Part shown: positions 27,970-37,837 of the stretch, in pieces
Layout: each line of letters begins with the position of its first letter
How positions within the stretch are numbered: position 1 is the stretch's first letter
Assembly: GCA_020725555.1 (NCBI GenBank)
Contig: DYEU01000010.1
Span: forward strand, 74,980 to 138,979
DNA length: 64,000 bases
Source: Desulfatibacillum sp.
GTDB taxonomy: Bacteria > Desulfobacterota > Desulfobacteria > Desulfobacterales > SpSt-501
Direction: 5' to 3'
Position numbers and translations under genes: made by a program
The notes under the pieces: model-generated
Databases searched by the model: none
What the model was told of the DNA's origin: nothing
Seen by the model: only the letters and a program-made list of their open reading frames with translations

Positions 27970-30465
27970 TTACAGGGTTTCGTGTTCGGTGCGCGCGATC
28001 AGGTCGTTTTGCAGATCGGGCGAGAGATCCACGAAGTAGGCGCTGTAGCCGGCGATCCGCACGATGAGGCCGCGGTACTTTTCGGGATCGCGCTGCGCGG
28101 CGATCAGCGTCTGCTTGTTGATCACGTTGAACTGCACGTGCCAGAGCTTGAGGTCGCACCAGGTGCGGATGAAGGAGACGAGCTTGCGGGTGCCCTCGTC
28201 CCCGGCCAGGCATTTCGGGGTGAACTTGATGTTGAGCAGCCGCGAGGCGCGCTCCCGGAAATCGTAGTTCTTGCTCGCGAAGTTGGAGAGCAGGACCGCC
28301 GTCGGCCCGTTGCGGTCGGCGCCCTGGGAGGCGGAGGAGCCGTCCGAGAGCGGGGTCCACGCTTTGCGGCCGTTGGGGGTCGCGCCGACCACCTTGCCGA
28401 AGGGGACGTGCGAGGTGAACGGGACGTAGCGCAGGTCGAGGTGCACGCCGAGCTCGCGGGCGTACTTGTGGGTGAACTCGAGCGCGGCGCGGTCGACCGC
28501 CTTGGCGATCCCGTCGGCGTAGGGGTCGTTGTTGCCGTAGCAGGGCGCGTTCATCAGGAGATGGCGCAGGTCCTCGCGGCCCTCGAAGTTGTTGGCGAGC
28601 GCCTCGAGCAGCTCGTCCATCGAGACCTTCTTCTCCTCGAAGACGAACTTCTTGATCGCCGCAAGCGAGTCCACCACCGTGCCGTAGCCGATGAACTCGA
28701 AATAGCCGAGGTCGATCCCGCCGGGGATCTTCGGCTGGTGGAGATCGAGGCAGTGCTGCATGCACAGGTCATGGAGCGCCGAGGCGAGCGGGGCGGCGAA
28801 GTGCTGCGCCCGCAGGCGGATGATGTGGTACTGCTGGATGAAGGCCTGCTTGATGAACTCGGTCTGGTGCGTGAGGTAGGCGTTCCAGAACTCCTCCCAG
28901 CTCTTGAAGCCGCGGGGATCGCCCGTCTGGAGCCCGATCTGCTCCTCGCCGTACTTGCGCATCCTGCCGTTGAGGAGCGTCATCTCGAGGGCGGCGGCGA
29001 AATTGATGTAGGCGCAACCGCTCGTGTAGGTGTCGCGGTTGGGCATGCGCGCTTCGGTGCAGCCCGAGACCGCGTAGTCGTAGGCCTCCTCGAAGGTCGC
29101 CCCCTTGGAGACGTAGAGGGGGATCACCTCCTCGTCGTTGATCAGCTTGGGGAAGCCCGAGCCCTCCTTGATGGTCTCGGCCACCTCCCAGAGGAAGCGC
29201 TCGGGGCTGCGGGTGTGGATGCGCGCCGCGAGGTCGGGGTAGTGCATGGGGAACTCGCGCTTGGAGCGCAGGAACAGGTAGCTCAGCTCGTTGGTCGCGT
29301 CGCGGCCGTCGCGCGTCTGGCCGCCGATCGTGACCGCTTCCCAGTGGGCGTAGCCCTCGTTGAACGCGCCGCCCGTGGGGGAGATGTAGAGATCGATGAA
29401 CTGCGCCATCCCGAGCCACATGCACTCGAGGATCTCGAGCACCCGGTCGTCCGTCAGGCGGCCCTCCTCCTTGTCCTTCTTGTAGAAGGGGTAGAGGTAC
29501 TGGTCCATGCGGCCGTTGGAGATGACCGTGCCGGTCTTCTGCTCGATGCGCGAGAACATCTGGGTGAACCACTGCGCCTGCATGGCCTCGTGGAAGGTCG
29601 TCGCCGGGTTCTCCGGCACCCGCTCGCAGATGCGCGCGATTTCGGCGAGTTCGGCCTTGCGCTGCGGGTCCTTCTCCCGGGCGGCGAGCTCGGCGGCGAG
29701 CCGGGCGTGGCGCTTGGCCCAGAGGACGACCGCGTCGCAGAGGATGACGACCGCCTCGAGGAACGGCTTCTTCTCGGTGTTGTCGAGCGGGCTGAGCGGG
29801 TCGAGGGCCGCCAGCCGCTCCTCGGCCTCCCTGCGGATGCCCTTGAAGCCGCGCTTGAGCACCTTTTCGTAGTCGTGCACCCACTGCAGGCAGGAGCGGA
29901 AGGAGGCCGTCTCGTTCACGATGTAGCGCGAGATGAGGACGTTCTGCGGGTCGTAGGTGTAACGGAGCGTCTCCTCGGGCAGGGCCTTGGCCAGGGACTC
30001 GTGAAAGGTCTTGCCCTTCCAGAAGGGGGCGATCTCCTCGATCACCAGCCGCGCATCGTCGGGATCGATGTCGAAGGGCGACTGCACCCGCTGCGCGAGC
30101 TGCTCCACGGCGAGATCCAGAAAGTCGCCGTCGAGCTCGGGGTAGAGGATCCCGTAGCGGCCCTGCTTGCCCGCCCGGCCGACCAGCAGCTGGTCCTCGT
30201 CGATGTAGACGGTGATGTTTTCGGCGATGTGCTTGAGGGCCTTGGCCCAGCGCAGCATGAGGTGCTGGCCCTCGGTCGCTTTCATGGACTCGGTGAAATA
30301 GCGGGCGCGCTCGATGTCGATCCGCGGCCGTTGCGCCTGGAAGCGCTTCATGATGCGGAAGACCCGCTCCCGGCCCCGCTCGTATTTCTCGGCGCGGCCC
30401 TGCATCTCATCGAAGAGGCGCTGCTCGTGGGGGGAGAGCACTTCACAGCAAGGAACCTGGGACAT
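27970..30465 (-). CDS. islA: glycyl radical enzyme, candidate isethionate sulfite-lyase (C2-sulfonate C-S lyase)
   Basis: 831 aa. Glycyl-radical motif [10 protein letters not shown] (G806). Cys loop SGC469-T-E471. R190/L193/Q194/W375/R679/V681/F683 sit one residue offset from the IslA/IseG sulfonate-pocket residues I recall. AAGGAGGAG RBS. Confidence 0.65.
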   Translation of the reverse strand: MSQVPCCEVLSPHEQRLFDEMQGRAEKYERGRERVFRIMKRFQAQRPRIDIERARYFTESMKATEGQHLMLRWAKALKHIAENITVYIDEDQLLVGRAGKQGRYGILYPELDGDFLDLAVEQLAQRVQSPFDIDPDDARLVIEEIAPFWKGKTFHESLAKALPEETLRYTYDPQNVLISRYIVNETASFRSCLQWVHDYEKVLKRGFKGIRREAEERLAALDPLSPLDNTEKKPFLEAVVILCDAVVLWAKRHARLAAELAAREKDPQRKAELAEIARICERVPENPATTFHEAMQAQWFTQMFSRIEQKTGTVISNGRMDQYLYPFYKKDKEEGRLTDDRVLEILECMWLGMAQFIDLYISPTGGAFNEGYAHWEAVTIGGQTRDGRDATNELSYLFLRSKREFPMHYPDLAARIHTRSPERFLWEVAETIKEGSGFPKLINDEEVIPLYVSKGATFEEAYDYAVSGCTEARMPNRDTYTSGCAYINFAAALEMTLLNGRMRKYGEEQIGLQTGDPRGFKSWEEFWNAYLTHQTEFIKQAFIQQYHIIRLRAQHFAAPLASALHDLCMQHCLDLHQPKIPGGIDLGYFEFIGYGTVVDSLAAIKKFVFEEKKVSMDELLEALANNFEGREDLRHLLMNAPCYGNNDPYADGIAKAVDRAALEFTHKYARELGVHLDLRYVPFTSHVPFGKVVGATPNGRKAWTPLSDGSSASQGADRNGPTAVLLSNFASKNYDFRERASRLLNIKFTPKCLAGDEGTRKLVSFIRTWCDLKLWHVQFNVINKQTLIAAQRDPEKYRGLIVRIAGYSAYFVDLSPDLQNDLIARTEHETL

Positions 30466-30559
30466 AACTCCTCCTTCTTGGCAAGCGGAACTCTCGCCCG
30501 CAAGGGACGTTTATGGATGGGTTGGTCTGCAAACCGTCCTGCCTGCGCCCCAGAGAGAA

Positions 30560-30576
30560 AGCAAAGAGCGTGCCTC
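30560..30576 (-). promoter_or_regulatory. sigma54 (-24/-12) promoter of the GRE/activase operon
   Basis: Minus strand GAGGCACGCTCTTTGCT. About 95 nt upstream of ATG 30465. Confidence 0.7.
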
Positions 30577-30681
30577 GAAACCAGGGGATACCCGGCAGGG
30601 TCCGTCGCGGTTGTGTTTTTGCATGAGGAGCGCTGCGGGAAGCTCCCGGGCGGGAGGCGGAAAGCAGGTTTCATTTCGTAA

Positions 30682-30702
30682 AATCATTGCGTTGCATTGA
30701 TT
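30682..30702. promoter_or_regulatory. 21-bp palindrome AATCA-N-TGC-N3-GCA-N-TGATT
   Basis: AATCATTGCGTTGCATTGATT, between the GRE promoter and the 16-bp palindromes. Confidence 0.35.
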
Positions 30703-30803
30703 TCGGCCGCAGCCGGCGGATGACGAGGGAAAAGAAAATTGTTGCAATAAAACAACAGCGGCGATAAAAGCCCGCTTACGTGCCTTGTCTTGGCGCCCGT
30801 GAT

Positions 30804-30819
30804 GTTGCAATAATGCAGC
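30804..30819. promoter_or_regulatory. 16-bp palindrome copy 4 (candidate UAS)
   Basis: GTTGCA-ATAA-TGCAGC. A degenerate copy, GTTGCA-ATAA-AACAAC, lies at 30741-30756. Confidence 0.55.
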
Positions 30820-30823
30820 ATTG

Positions 30824-30839
30824 GCTGCAACTATGCAAC
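30824..30839. promoter_or_regulatory. 16-bp palindrome copy 5 (candidate UAS)
   Basis: GCTGCA-ACTA-TGCAAC, with flanks identical to copy 3. Confidence 0.55.
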
Positions 30840-31015
30840 GTCTTTTTGGCCGGGCCCTTTGACTTTTTGAAACAGGATGGTCTCAAGACGCCATCTGCCC
30901 GGCCGGTCAAGCCAAGATAATTCGATTGAAATGAAAAATCAATAGGTTGAAATTTTGCACCCTCCCGTCTTGATCTGGAGGGTCCGTCGCGTGAACTTGA
31001 GACAGCGTGCTTTTA

Positions 31016-31031
31016 TGGCGCGGTTGTTGCT
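31016..31031 (+). promoter_or_regulatory. sigma54 (-24/-12) promoter of the TRAP (dctPQM) operon
   Basis: TGGCGCGGTTGTTGCT. The -24 and -12 blocks are identical to the BMC operon promoter. About 130 nt upstream of ATG 31164. Confidence 0.65.
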
Positions 31032-31163
31032 AACTCAAGGCCGAAGGCGAGGAGCCGCGGATCAAATCTGCACCCCGGAAAGGAGGGATCGCCCACAGTA
31101 CGATTCGGTTGCCGTTCTGAAGCGTGTCGTTTCCAGCCCCCACCCCATGATGGAGGAAAGAGC

Positions 31164-32294
31164 ATGAATCGCTTGCGCATTGCCGCCGCCTTGATGATGA
31201 TCGCCTTCGGGCTCGCCGCCTTCGGGCCCGCCCCGGCCGAAGCCCAGAACTACACCCTCAAGATCCAGACCGCCGTGCCCAGCTCGAGCATCTACTTCAA
31301 GCTGATCGAGCGCATGGGCCAGCGCGTGGGCGAAATGTCCGGCGGCCGCCTCAAGGTCGAAACCCTGCCCAACGGCGCCGTGGTCGGCGCTTTCGAAATC
31401 CTCGACGCCGTGCACAAGAACATCGTGAACGGCGGCTTCGCCTGGACCCACTACTGGTCCGGCAAGCACCCCGCCGGGCTGCTCTTCTCCGCCCCCACGG
31501 CCGGCCTCGGCGTCGGGCTCGACCAGAACAGCGTCATGTCCTGGATCTACGACGGCGGCGGGGACGAACTTTACCAGAAATACTTCACCGAGGTCCTGAA
31601 GTACAACATCAAGGGGTTCCTCTGCATGCCGATGGGCCCCGAGCCGTACGGCTGGTTCTCCAAGCCGGTCAACTCCGTCGAAGACCTCAAGAAGATGAAG
31701 TTCCGCTCGCCCCCCGGCATCCCCGCCGAGTCGTTCAAGGTGCTCGGCATCCCCACCGTCTCCATGCCCGGCGGCGAGATCGTCCCCTCGGCCCAGCGCG
31801 GCGTGATCGACGCCGCGGAGTGGATCAGCCCCGCCGACGACGCGGCCCTGGGGTTGAACACCGTCTGGAAGCACTATTACATCCAGGGGCTCCACCAGGC
31901 GATCTCGATCGGCGACATCTACGTGAACCTCGAGTGGTGGAACAAGCTCCCCAAGGACCTGCAGGCCATCTTCCAGGGCGGCATCATGAGCCTGATCTCC
32001 GACACCATCCACTGGAACGTGAGCCAGAACAGCAAGGCCCTCAAAAAATTCGTCGTGGAGGACAAGGTCCAGGTTCACGACACGCCCGCCGACTACTACC
32101 CGGCCTACATGGCGGCCGCCAAACAGGTGATCGACAAATACGCCCAGCAGGACGCCTTCTTCAAGAAAGTCCTGGAGGCGATGGTCGACTGGGCGAACCT
32201 GACCGTGCCCTATCAGGCGCGCGCCAACGCCACCTACGCCACCATGGGCAAGACCGCCCTCGAAAAGGGCATCGTCGGTTACGAGAAGAAATAA
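31164..32294 (+). CDS. TRAP transporter DctP-type solute-binding protein
   Basis: Signal peptide, then a 350-aa DctP-like domain. Followed by DctQ and DctM genes. Confidence 0.85.
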   Translation: MNRLRIAAALMMIAFGLAAFGPAPAEAQNYTLKIQTAVPSSSIYFKLIERMGQRVGEMSGGRLKVETLPNGAVVGAFEILDAVHKNIVNGGFAWTHYWSGKHPAGLLFSAPTAGLGVGLDQNSVMSWIYDGGGDELYQKYFTEVLKYNIKGFLCMPMGPEPYGWFSKPVNSVEDLKKMKFRSPPGIPAESFKVLGIPTVSMPGGEIVPSAQRGVIDAAEWISPADDAALGLNTVWKHYYIQGLHQAISIGDIYVNLEWWNKLPKDLQAIFQGGIMSLISDTIHWNVSQNSKALKKFVVEDKVQVHDTPADYYPAYMAAAKQVIDKYAQQDAFFKKVLEAMVDWANLTVPYQARANATYATMGKTALEKGIVGYEKK

Positions 32295-32308
32295 CGCCCC
32301 GACGCCGC

Positions 32309-32346
32309 GCGCCGGGGGCCCCCGCGGCCCCCGGCGCCTTTTCTCC
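32309..32346 (+). terminator. terminator-like hairpin between dctP and dctQ (partial termination or mRNA stabiliser)
   Basis: GCGCCGGGGGCC-CCCGC-GGCCCCCGGCGC followed by CTTTTCTCC. Confidence 0.5.
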
Positions 32347-32360
32347 AAGGAACGCCAATC

Positions 32361-32963
32361 ATGACGAACGAACCCCAGGAAACCGAGCGCGCCGCGACGC
32401 GCGGGGGACTGCACAACGCCCCCCCGGGGCTTGCCCGGCTGCTCGGCACCATCGACCGCATCAGCCTCGTGAGCGGCAAGATCATCGCCTGGATGATCCT
32501 GCCGATGTCGCTCAGCCTCGTCTACGAGGTGATCGCCCGCTACGTGTTCAACGCGCCCACGATCTGGGCCTCGGACATCAGCCAGATCCTCTACGGCGCC
32601 TTTTTTATGCTGGGCTCGGCCTACGCGCTGCAGCGCCAGCAGCACATCCGCACCGATTTCCTCTACGGCAAATGGTCGATCCGCACGCGCGGGATGGTGG
32701 ACGCCGCCTGCTACATCGGGCTCTACTTCCCGGCGATGCTGTTTTTTCTCTACATCGGCTCCGAGTTCGCCTACCGCTCGGTGCTCTTCAACGAGCGCCT
32801 CGTCACCAGCCCCTGGATGCCGATCATCTGGCCGCAGAAGCTCGCCATCCCCATCTCCACCCTGCTGCTCCTGATCCAGGGGGTCTCCGAGCTGCTCAAG
32901 GCCCTGTACGCGGCCAGAACGGGGGTCAGCCTGATTGAAGAGCAGGCCGGCTCCGAGACCTGA
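32361..32963 (+). CDS. TRAP transporter small permease (DctQ)
   Basis: 200 aa, 4 predicted TM segments. Positioned between the DctP and DctM genes. Confidence 0.85.
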   Translation: MTNEPQETERAATRGGLHNAPPGLARLLGTIDRISLVSGKIIAWMILPMSLSLVYEVIARYVFNAPTIWASDISQILYGAFFMLGSAYALQRQQHIRTDFLYGKWSIRTRGMVDAACYIGLYFPAMLFFLYIGSEFAYRSVLFNERLVTSPWMPIIWPQKLAIPISTLLLLIQGVSELLKALYAARTGVSLIEEQAGSET

Positions 32964-32984
32964 CCGGGAAGGAGGAAGCGCACG

Positions 32985-34301
<1,317 letters not shown>

Positions 34302-34315
34302 CGCCGCCCGACCCC

Positions 34316-34351
34316 CCCGGCCGGCCGCGGCAGAGACCGCGGCCGGCCGGG
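34316..34351 (+). terminator. perfect 15-bp GC hairpin between dctM and the sigma54 activator gene
   Basis: CCCGGCCGGCCGCGG-CAGAGA-CCGCGGCCGGCCGGG. No U-tract. Confidence 0.4.
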
Positions 34352-34399
34352 AGCAGCCGCACCTCCCCGCCGATCTCGAGCGGAGGTTGAACCCGCCCC

Positions 34400-35806
34400 A
34401 TGGAGCCGATCGAACCCTACATCGACCGCATCCTCGACGTCTTAAGCGACGGGATCTACATCTCGGACCGCGAGGGCTACACCCTCAAGGTCAACACGAT
34501 GTACGAGAAGCTGATCGGCCTGAACCGGGAGGACCTGGTCGGCCGGCGCGTCCAGGACCTCGTGCGCGAAGGCGTCTTCGACGTCGTGCTGAACCCGACG
34601 ATCGTGAAGACCGGGCAGCCCGCGACCTCGGTGCAGACGACGAAGAAGGGGCAGAAGCTCATCCTGAACGGGCACCCCATCTTCGACGCCGAGGGGCGGG
34701 TTGCGCTGGTCGTCACCTTCGTGCGCGACGTCACCGTGATGAGCCAGCTCCGCGAGCAGATCGCCGCGCAGAAAAAGCTCCTCGAGCAGTTGCGCACCAA
34801 CGTGCAGTACATCACCGAGGAGACCTTCCAGCGCTTTCCGCTCGCGAGCTTCCGCAGCCGCGAGATGGTGCAGCTGAACAAGCTGATCGAAAAAGTCGCC
34901 GCCACCGACGCGACCGTCCTCATTTTGGGCGAGACCGGGGTGGGCAAGGAGTTCATCGCCCGCGCCATCCACCGCGCCAGCCCCCGGAGCGACCGCACGT
35001 TCTTCAAGCTCGACTGCGCGACCATCCCGGAAAACCTGATCGAATCCGAGCTCTTCGGCTACGCCGCGGGGGCCTTCTCGGGGGCGAGCGTCAAGGGCAA
35101 GCCCGGGCTCTGCGAGATGGCCGACGGCGGCACCCTCTTCCTTGACGAGATCGGCGAGCTACCCCCGGCCATGCAGGTCAAGCTGCTCCGCCTGCTCCAG
35201 GACCAGGAGATCATCCCCGTCGGCTCGACCCGGGTCAGGCGGGTTGACGTGCGCATCCTCGCCGCGACGAACCGCGACCTCGAAAAGGAGATCGAGCAGG
35301 GCCGCTTCCGCAGCGACCTCTACTTCCGCCTGCGCGTCGCCGTGCTCCACGTCCCGCCCCTGCGCGAGCGCCGCGAGGACATCCTGCCGCTCGCCGAGCA
35401 TTTCCTGCGCAAGTACGCCGCCAAGTACCGCAAGGAGCTCCGCTTCGCGCCGGAGGTCGAAAAGGCCTTTGTCGCCCATCGCTGGCCGGGGAACATCCGC
35501 GAGCTCGAAAACCTGATCGAGAGCGTCGTCGTGACCTGCGACCGCCCGGTCGTGGAGCTCGCCGACCTCAACTCCTGCATGTGGAACGAGGGCGCCGGCC
35601 GCACGCGAAGCCTCTACGAAACCCTGGACACCCGGGGGAAATCGCTCAAGGAGATCCTGCAGGAGATCGAGGGGGAGATCCTCGCCGGCGCACTCGCGGC
35701 CCACGGGTCGATGGCGCGGGCCGCCGCCGCCCTGCGGGTGGACCGCTCGACCGTCTTCCGCAAGCTGCGGCGCGCGGCGAAGAAGCCGCCGGCGGGGCCG
35801 CAATGA
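34400..35806 (+). CDS. PAS-domain sigma54-dependent transcriptional activator (NtrC/Fis family)
   Basis: PAS-like N-terminus. AAA+ core with Walker A GETGVGKE and sigma54-contact loop ESELFGYAAGAFSGA. C-terminal Fis-type HTH GSMARAAAALRVDRSTVFRKLRR. Confidence 0.9.
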   Translation: MEPIEPYIDRILDVLSDGIYISDREGYTLKVNTMYEKLIGLNREDLVGRRVQDLVREGVFDVVLNPTIVKTGQPATSVQTTKKGQKLILNGHPIFDAEGRVALVVTFVRDVTVMSQLREQIAAQKKLLEQLRTNVQYITEETFQRFPLASFRSREMVQLNKLIEKVAATDATVLILGETGVGKEFIARAIHRASPRSDRTFFKLDCATIPENLIESELFGYAAGAFSGASVKGKPGLCEMADGGTLFLDEIGELPPAMQVKLLRLLQDQEIIPVGSTRVRRVDVRILAATNRDLEKEIEQGRFRSDLYFRLRVAVLHVPPLRERREDILPLAEHFLRKYAAKYRKELRFAPEVEKAFVAHRWPGNIRELENLIESVVVTCDRPVVELADLNSCMWNEGAGRTRSLYETLDTRGKSLKEILQEIEGEILAGALAAHGSMARAAAALRVDRSTVFRKLRRAAKKPPAGPQ

Positions 35807-35826
35807 CCCTCCCGCGGGAGCCTGCC

Positions 35827-37041
35827 TCAGGGCCGCCGTTGCTCGGCGAGGGCCTGGCGGGTTTCGCGGGCGATCTCGAGTTCCTCGTTGGTGGGGATCA
35901 CGAGCACGGCCACGCGGCTTGAGGCGGCGTGCACGGCCCGCGGCCCCGCGGCGGGGGATTCGTTCAGGGCCTCGTTCAGGAGGATCCCCAGGAACCCGAG
36001 GTCCGCCAAGGCGCGGCGGCGGATTTCGGGGGCGTTCTCGCCGATCCCGGCCGTGAAGACCACGGCATCCAGCCCGCCCAGGGCCGCCGCGTAGGCCCCG
36101 ATCGTCTTGCGGATGCGGTAGCAGAACATCTCGACGGCGAGCTCCGCCTGGTTGCTCCCGTTGCGGGCGGCGGCGAGGATATCGCGCACGTCGTTGCTGC
36201 CCACCCCGGCGAGCGCGAGCAGCCCGCTTCTCCGGTTGAGAAGATCGTTCATCGCCGCGGGCGAAAAGCCGTGGCGCTCCATCAGGTAGAGCACGGCCGC
36301 CGGGTCGATGTCCCCGCTGCGGGTCCCCATGAGCAGCCCTTCGAGGGGGGTGAAGCCCATGCTCGTGTCCAGGCTCCGGCCGTCGCGCACGGCGGTCACG
36401 CTGCAGCCGTTTCCGAGGTGGCAGGTGACGAGCCTGAGCCCCTCGGGGGGCCGTCCGAGAAAGCGCGCCGCCTCGCCGGCCACGTACTTGTGGCTGATCC
36501 CGTGGAAGCCGTAGCGCCGCACACCGTCCTCGGCGTGGAACCGGAGGGGGATCCCGTAGAGAAAGGCATGCCGCGGGAGGCTCGCGTGGAAGGCGGTGTC
36601 GAAGACGGCGACCTGCACGGCGTGCGGGATATGCCGCTCGCAGGCCGCGATCCCGCGCAGGTGGTGCGGGTTGTGCAGCGGGGCCAGCGGGACGATCGAC
36701 TCGAGGTAGGCCTTGGCCGCCTCGTCCAGGACGACCGGCCGGGTCAGCCGCTCGCCGCCGTGGACCACGCGGTGGCCCACGGCCTCGATCTCGCCGACCC
36801 CGGCGATCACCCCGTGTTGCGGATGACCCAGGGCCTCGAGAATGACCTCGACCGCGCGGTCGACGTCGGCGCCGGGGACGGGGGTTTCCACCGCCTCGCC
36901 GCCCGCCCGCCGGGCCTTGAGGCGCGTTCCCTCGAGCCCGATCCGCTCGACGATCCCGGAGGCCCGGGGGGTGTCGGCGTCGGAGGGAAAGAGCGTGAAC
37001 TTGACCGAGGAGCTGCCGGCGTTGATCGTGAGAATCGCCAT
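35827..37041 (-). CDS. ackA: acetate kinase
   Basis: MAILTINAGSSSVKF...HRVVHGG...FDTAFH...GFHGISH...IPTNEE. Start moved to ATG 37041. Confidence 0.9.
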   Translation of the reverse strand: MAILTINAGSSSVKFTLFPSDADTPRASGIVERIGLEGTRLKARRAGGEAVETPVPGADVDRAVEVILEALGHPQHGVIAGVGEIEAVGHRVVHGGERLTRPVVLDEAAKAYLESIVPLAPLHNPHHLRGIAACERHIPHAVQVAVFDTAFHASLPRHAFLYGIPLRFHAEDGVRRYGFHGISHKYVAGEAARFLGRPPEGLRLVTCHLGNGCSVTAVRDGRSLDTSMGFTPLEGLLMGTRSGDIDPAAVLYLMERHGFSPAAMNDLLNRRSGLLALAGVGSNDVRDILAAARNGSNQAELAVEMFCYRIRKTIGAYAAALGGLDAVVFTAGIGENAPEIRRRALADLGFLGILLNEALNESPAAGPRAVHAASSRVAVLVIPTNEELEIARETRQALAEQRRP

Positions 37042-37055
37042 GGAAACGATCCCTC

Positions 37056-37808
37056 TCAGGCGGCGCCCTGCCGGCCGCGGCGGGCGGAGCGGGAGAGGGT
37101 GACGCAGACGTGCTCGTCGGGCTTTTCCGGGGGGCCGGGCCGGCGGGCATCGGCCCCGTCGGCGAAGTAAAAGCGCCGGATCTGCTTCTCCTGGGCCGCA
37201 AACGACCAGTGGACGTCGCGCCAGATGTAGGCCGCGAGTTCCCGGTCGCCCTTCTCGAAGGCCTCGATCAGGCGCTCGTGGTCGCGGCAGTTGCTCAGCT
37301 CCCATTCGCGGATGTAGCCGCGGCGGGGGAAATCGTAGAGGCGCCGCTTCATCGGCGCGATGATGCGCTTGATCATCTCGTTGTGCGACAGGTCGAGAAA
37401 CACGCGGTGAAAGAGGATGTTTCCCTCGTAGTAGCCCTGGAAATCGCTCCGCTTGATCATCACGCGCAGCTCGCGGTTGAGCGCCTTCATGCGCTCAAGA
37501 TGGAGCGGCTGTACGTTGTCGAAGACGGCGAGGATGACGGTCGTCTCGAGCGCGCCCACGACCTCGTAGATGTTGCGGATGTCCTCGAGGGTCAGCCGGT
37601 TGACGAAGACCCCCCGGCGCGGGCAGATGGTGACGAAGCCCTCGGTGTCGAGCTGCAGGAGGGCGTCGCGCAGGGGGGTCTTGCTGATCCCCAGCTCCCG
37701 GCTGATCGCGTTCAGGTTCACCGCCGCCCCGGGGATGAGCTTCCCCCGGGTGAGCTCCTGGCGCAGGTAATCGTAGACCTGTTCGCGAAGCGAGCGCTGC
37801 TCGAGCAT
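37056..37808 (-). CDS. GntR-family (FadR/FCD subfamily) transcriptional regulator
   Basis: N-terminal wHTH LNAISRELGISKTPLRDALLQLDTEGFV and an all-helical C-domain. AAGGAGG upstream of ATG 37808. Confidence 0.85.
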   Translation of the reverse strand: MLEQRSLREQVYDYLRQELTRGKLIPGAAVNLNAISRELGISKTPLRDALLQLDTEGFVTICPRRGVFVNRLTLEDIRNIYEVVGALETTVILAVFDNVQPLHLERMKALNRELRVMIKRSDFQGYYEGNILFHRVFLDLSHNEMIKRIIAPMKRRLYDFPRRGYIREWELSNCRDHERLIEAFEKGDRELAAYIWRDVHWSFAAQEKQIRRFYFADGADARRPGPPEKPDEHVCVTLSRSARRGRQGAA

Positions 37809-37837
37809 CCCCGCCTCCTTCCCCCGGCCGGGAAGGG

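Noticed and set aside
26749-30681. 1310-aa ORF on the plus strand across the GRE/activase region. Similar very long ORFs lie at 10520..12961, 31062..34229, 41079..44348, 45095..47995 and 60993..63656.
   Set aside because: These are antisense or alternate-frame shadow ORFs, typical of ~70% GC DNA. Their translations are runs of G/R/A/P/D/E/H/L with no recognisable motifs. The overlapping frames encode textbook GRE, TRAP, ABC and RND proteins.
30822-30837. sigma54-like match TGGCTGCAACTATGCA on the plus strand, and a weaker one, AGGTTGAAATTTTGCA, at 30944-30959.
   Set aside because: The first coincides with palindrome copy 5, whose TGCA half-site mimics a -12 element. The second has a poor -24 block. 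The match at 31016-31031 (TGGCGCG-N4-TTGCT) is much better and is identical in its conserved blocks to the BMC promoter.
35809-35820. 12-bp palindrome CTCCCGCGGGAG between the convergent activator and ackA genes, considered as a bidirectional terminator.
   Set aside because: The stem would be only 4 bp once a loop is allowed, and there is no U-tract. This is too weak to call.
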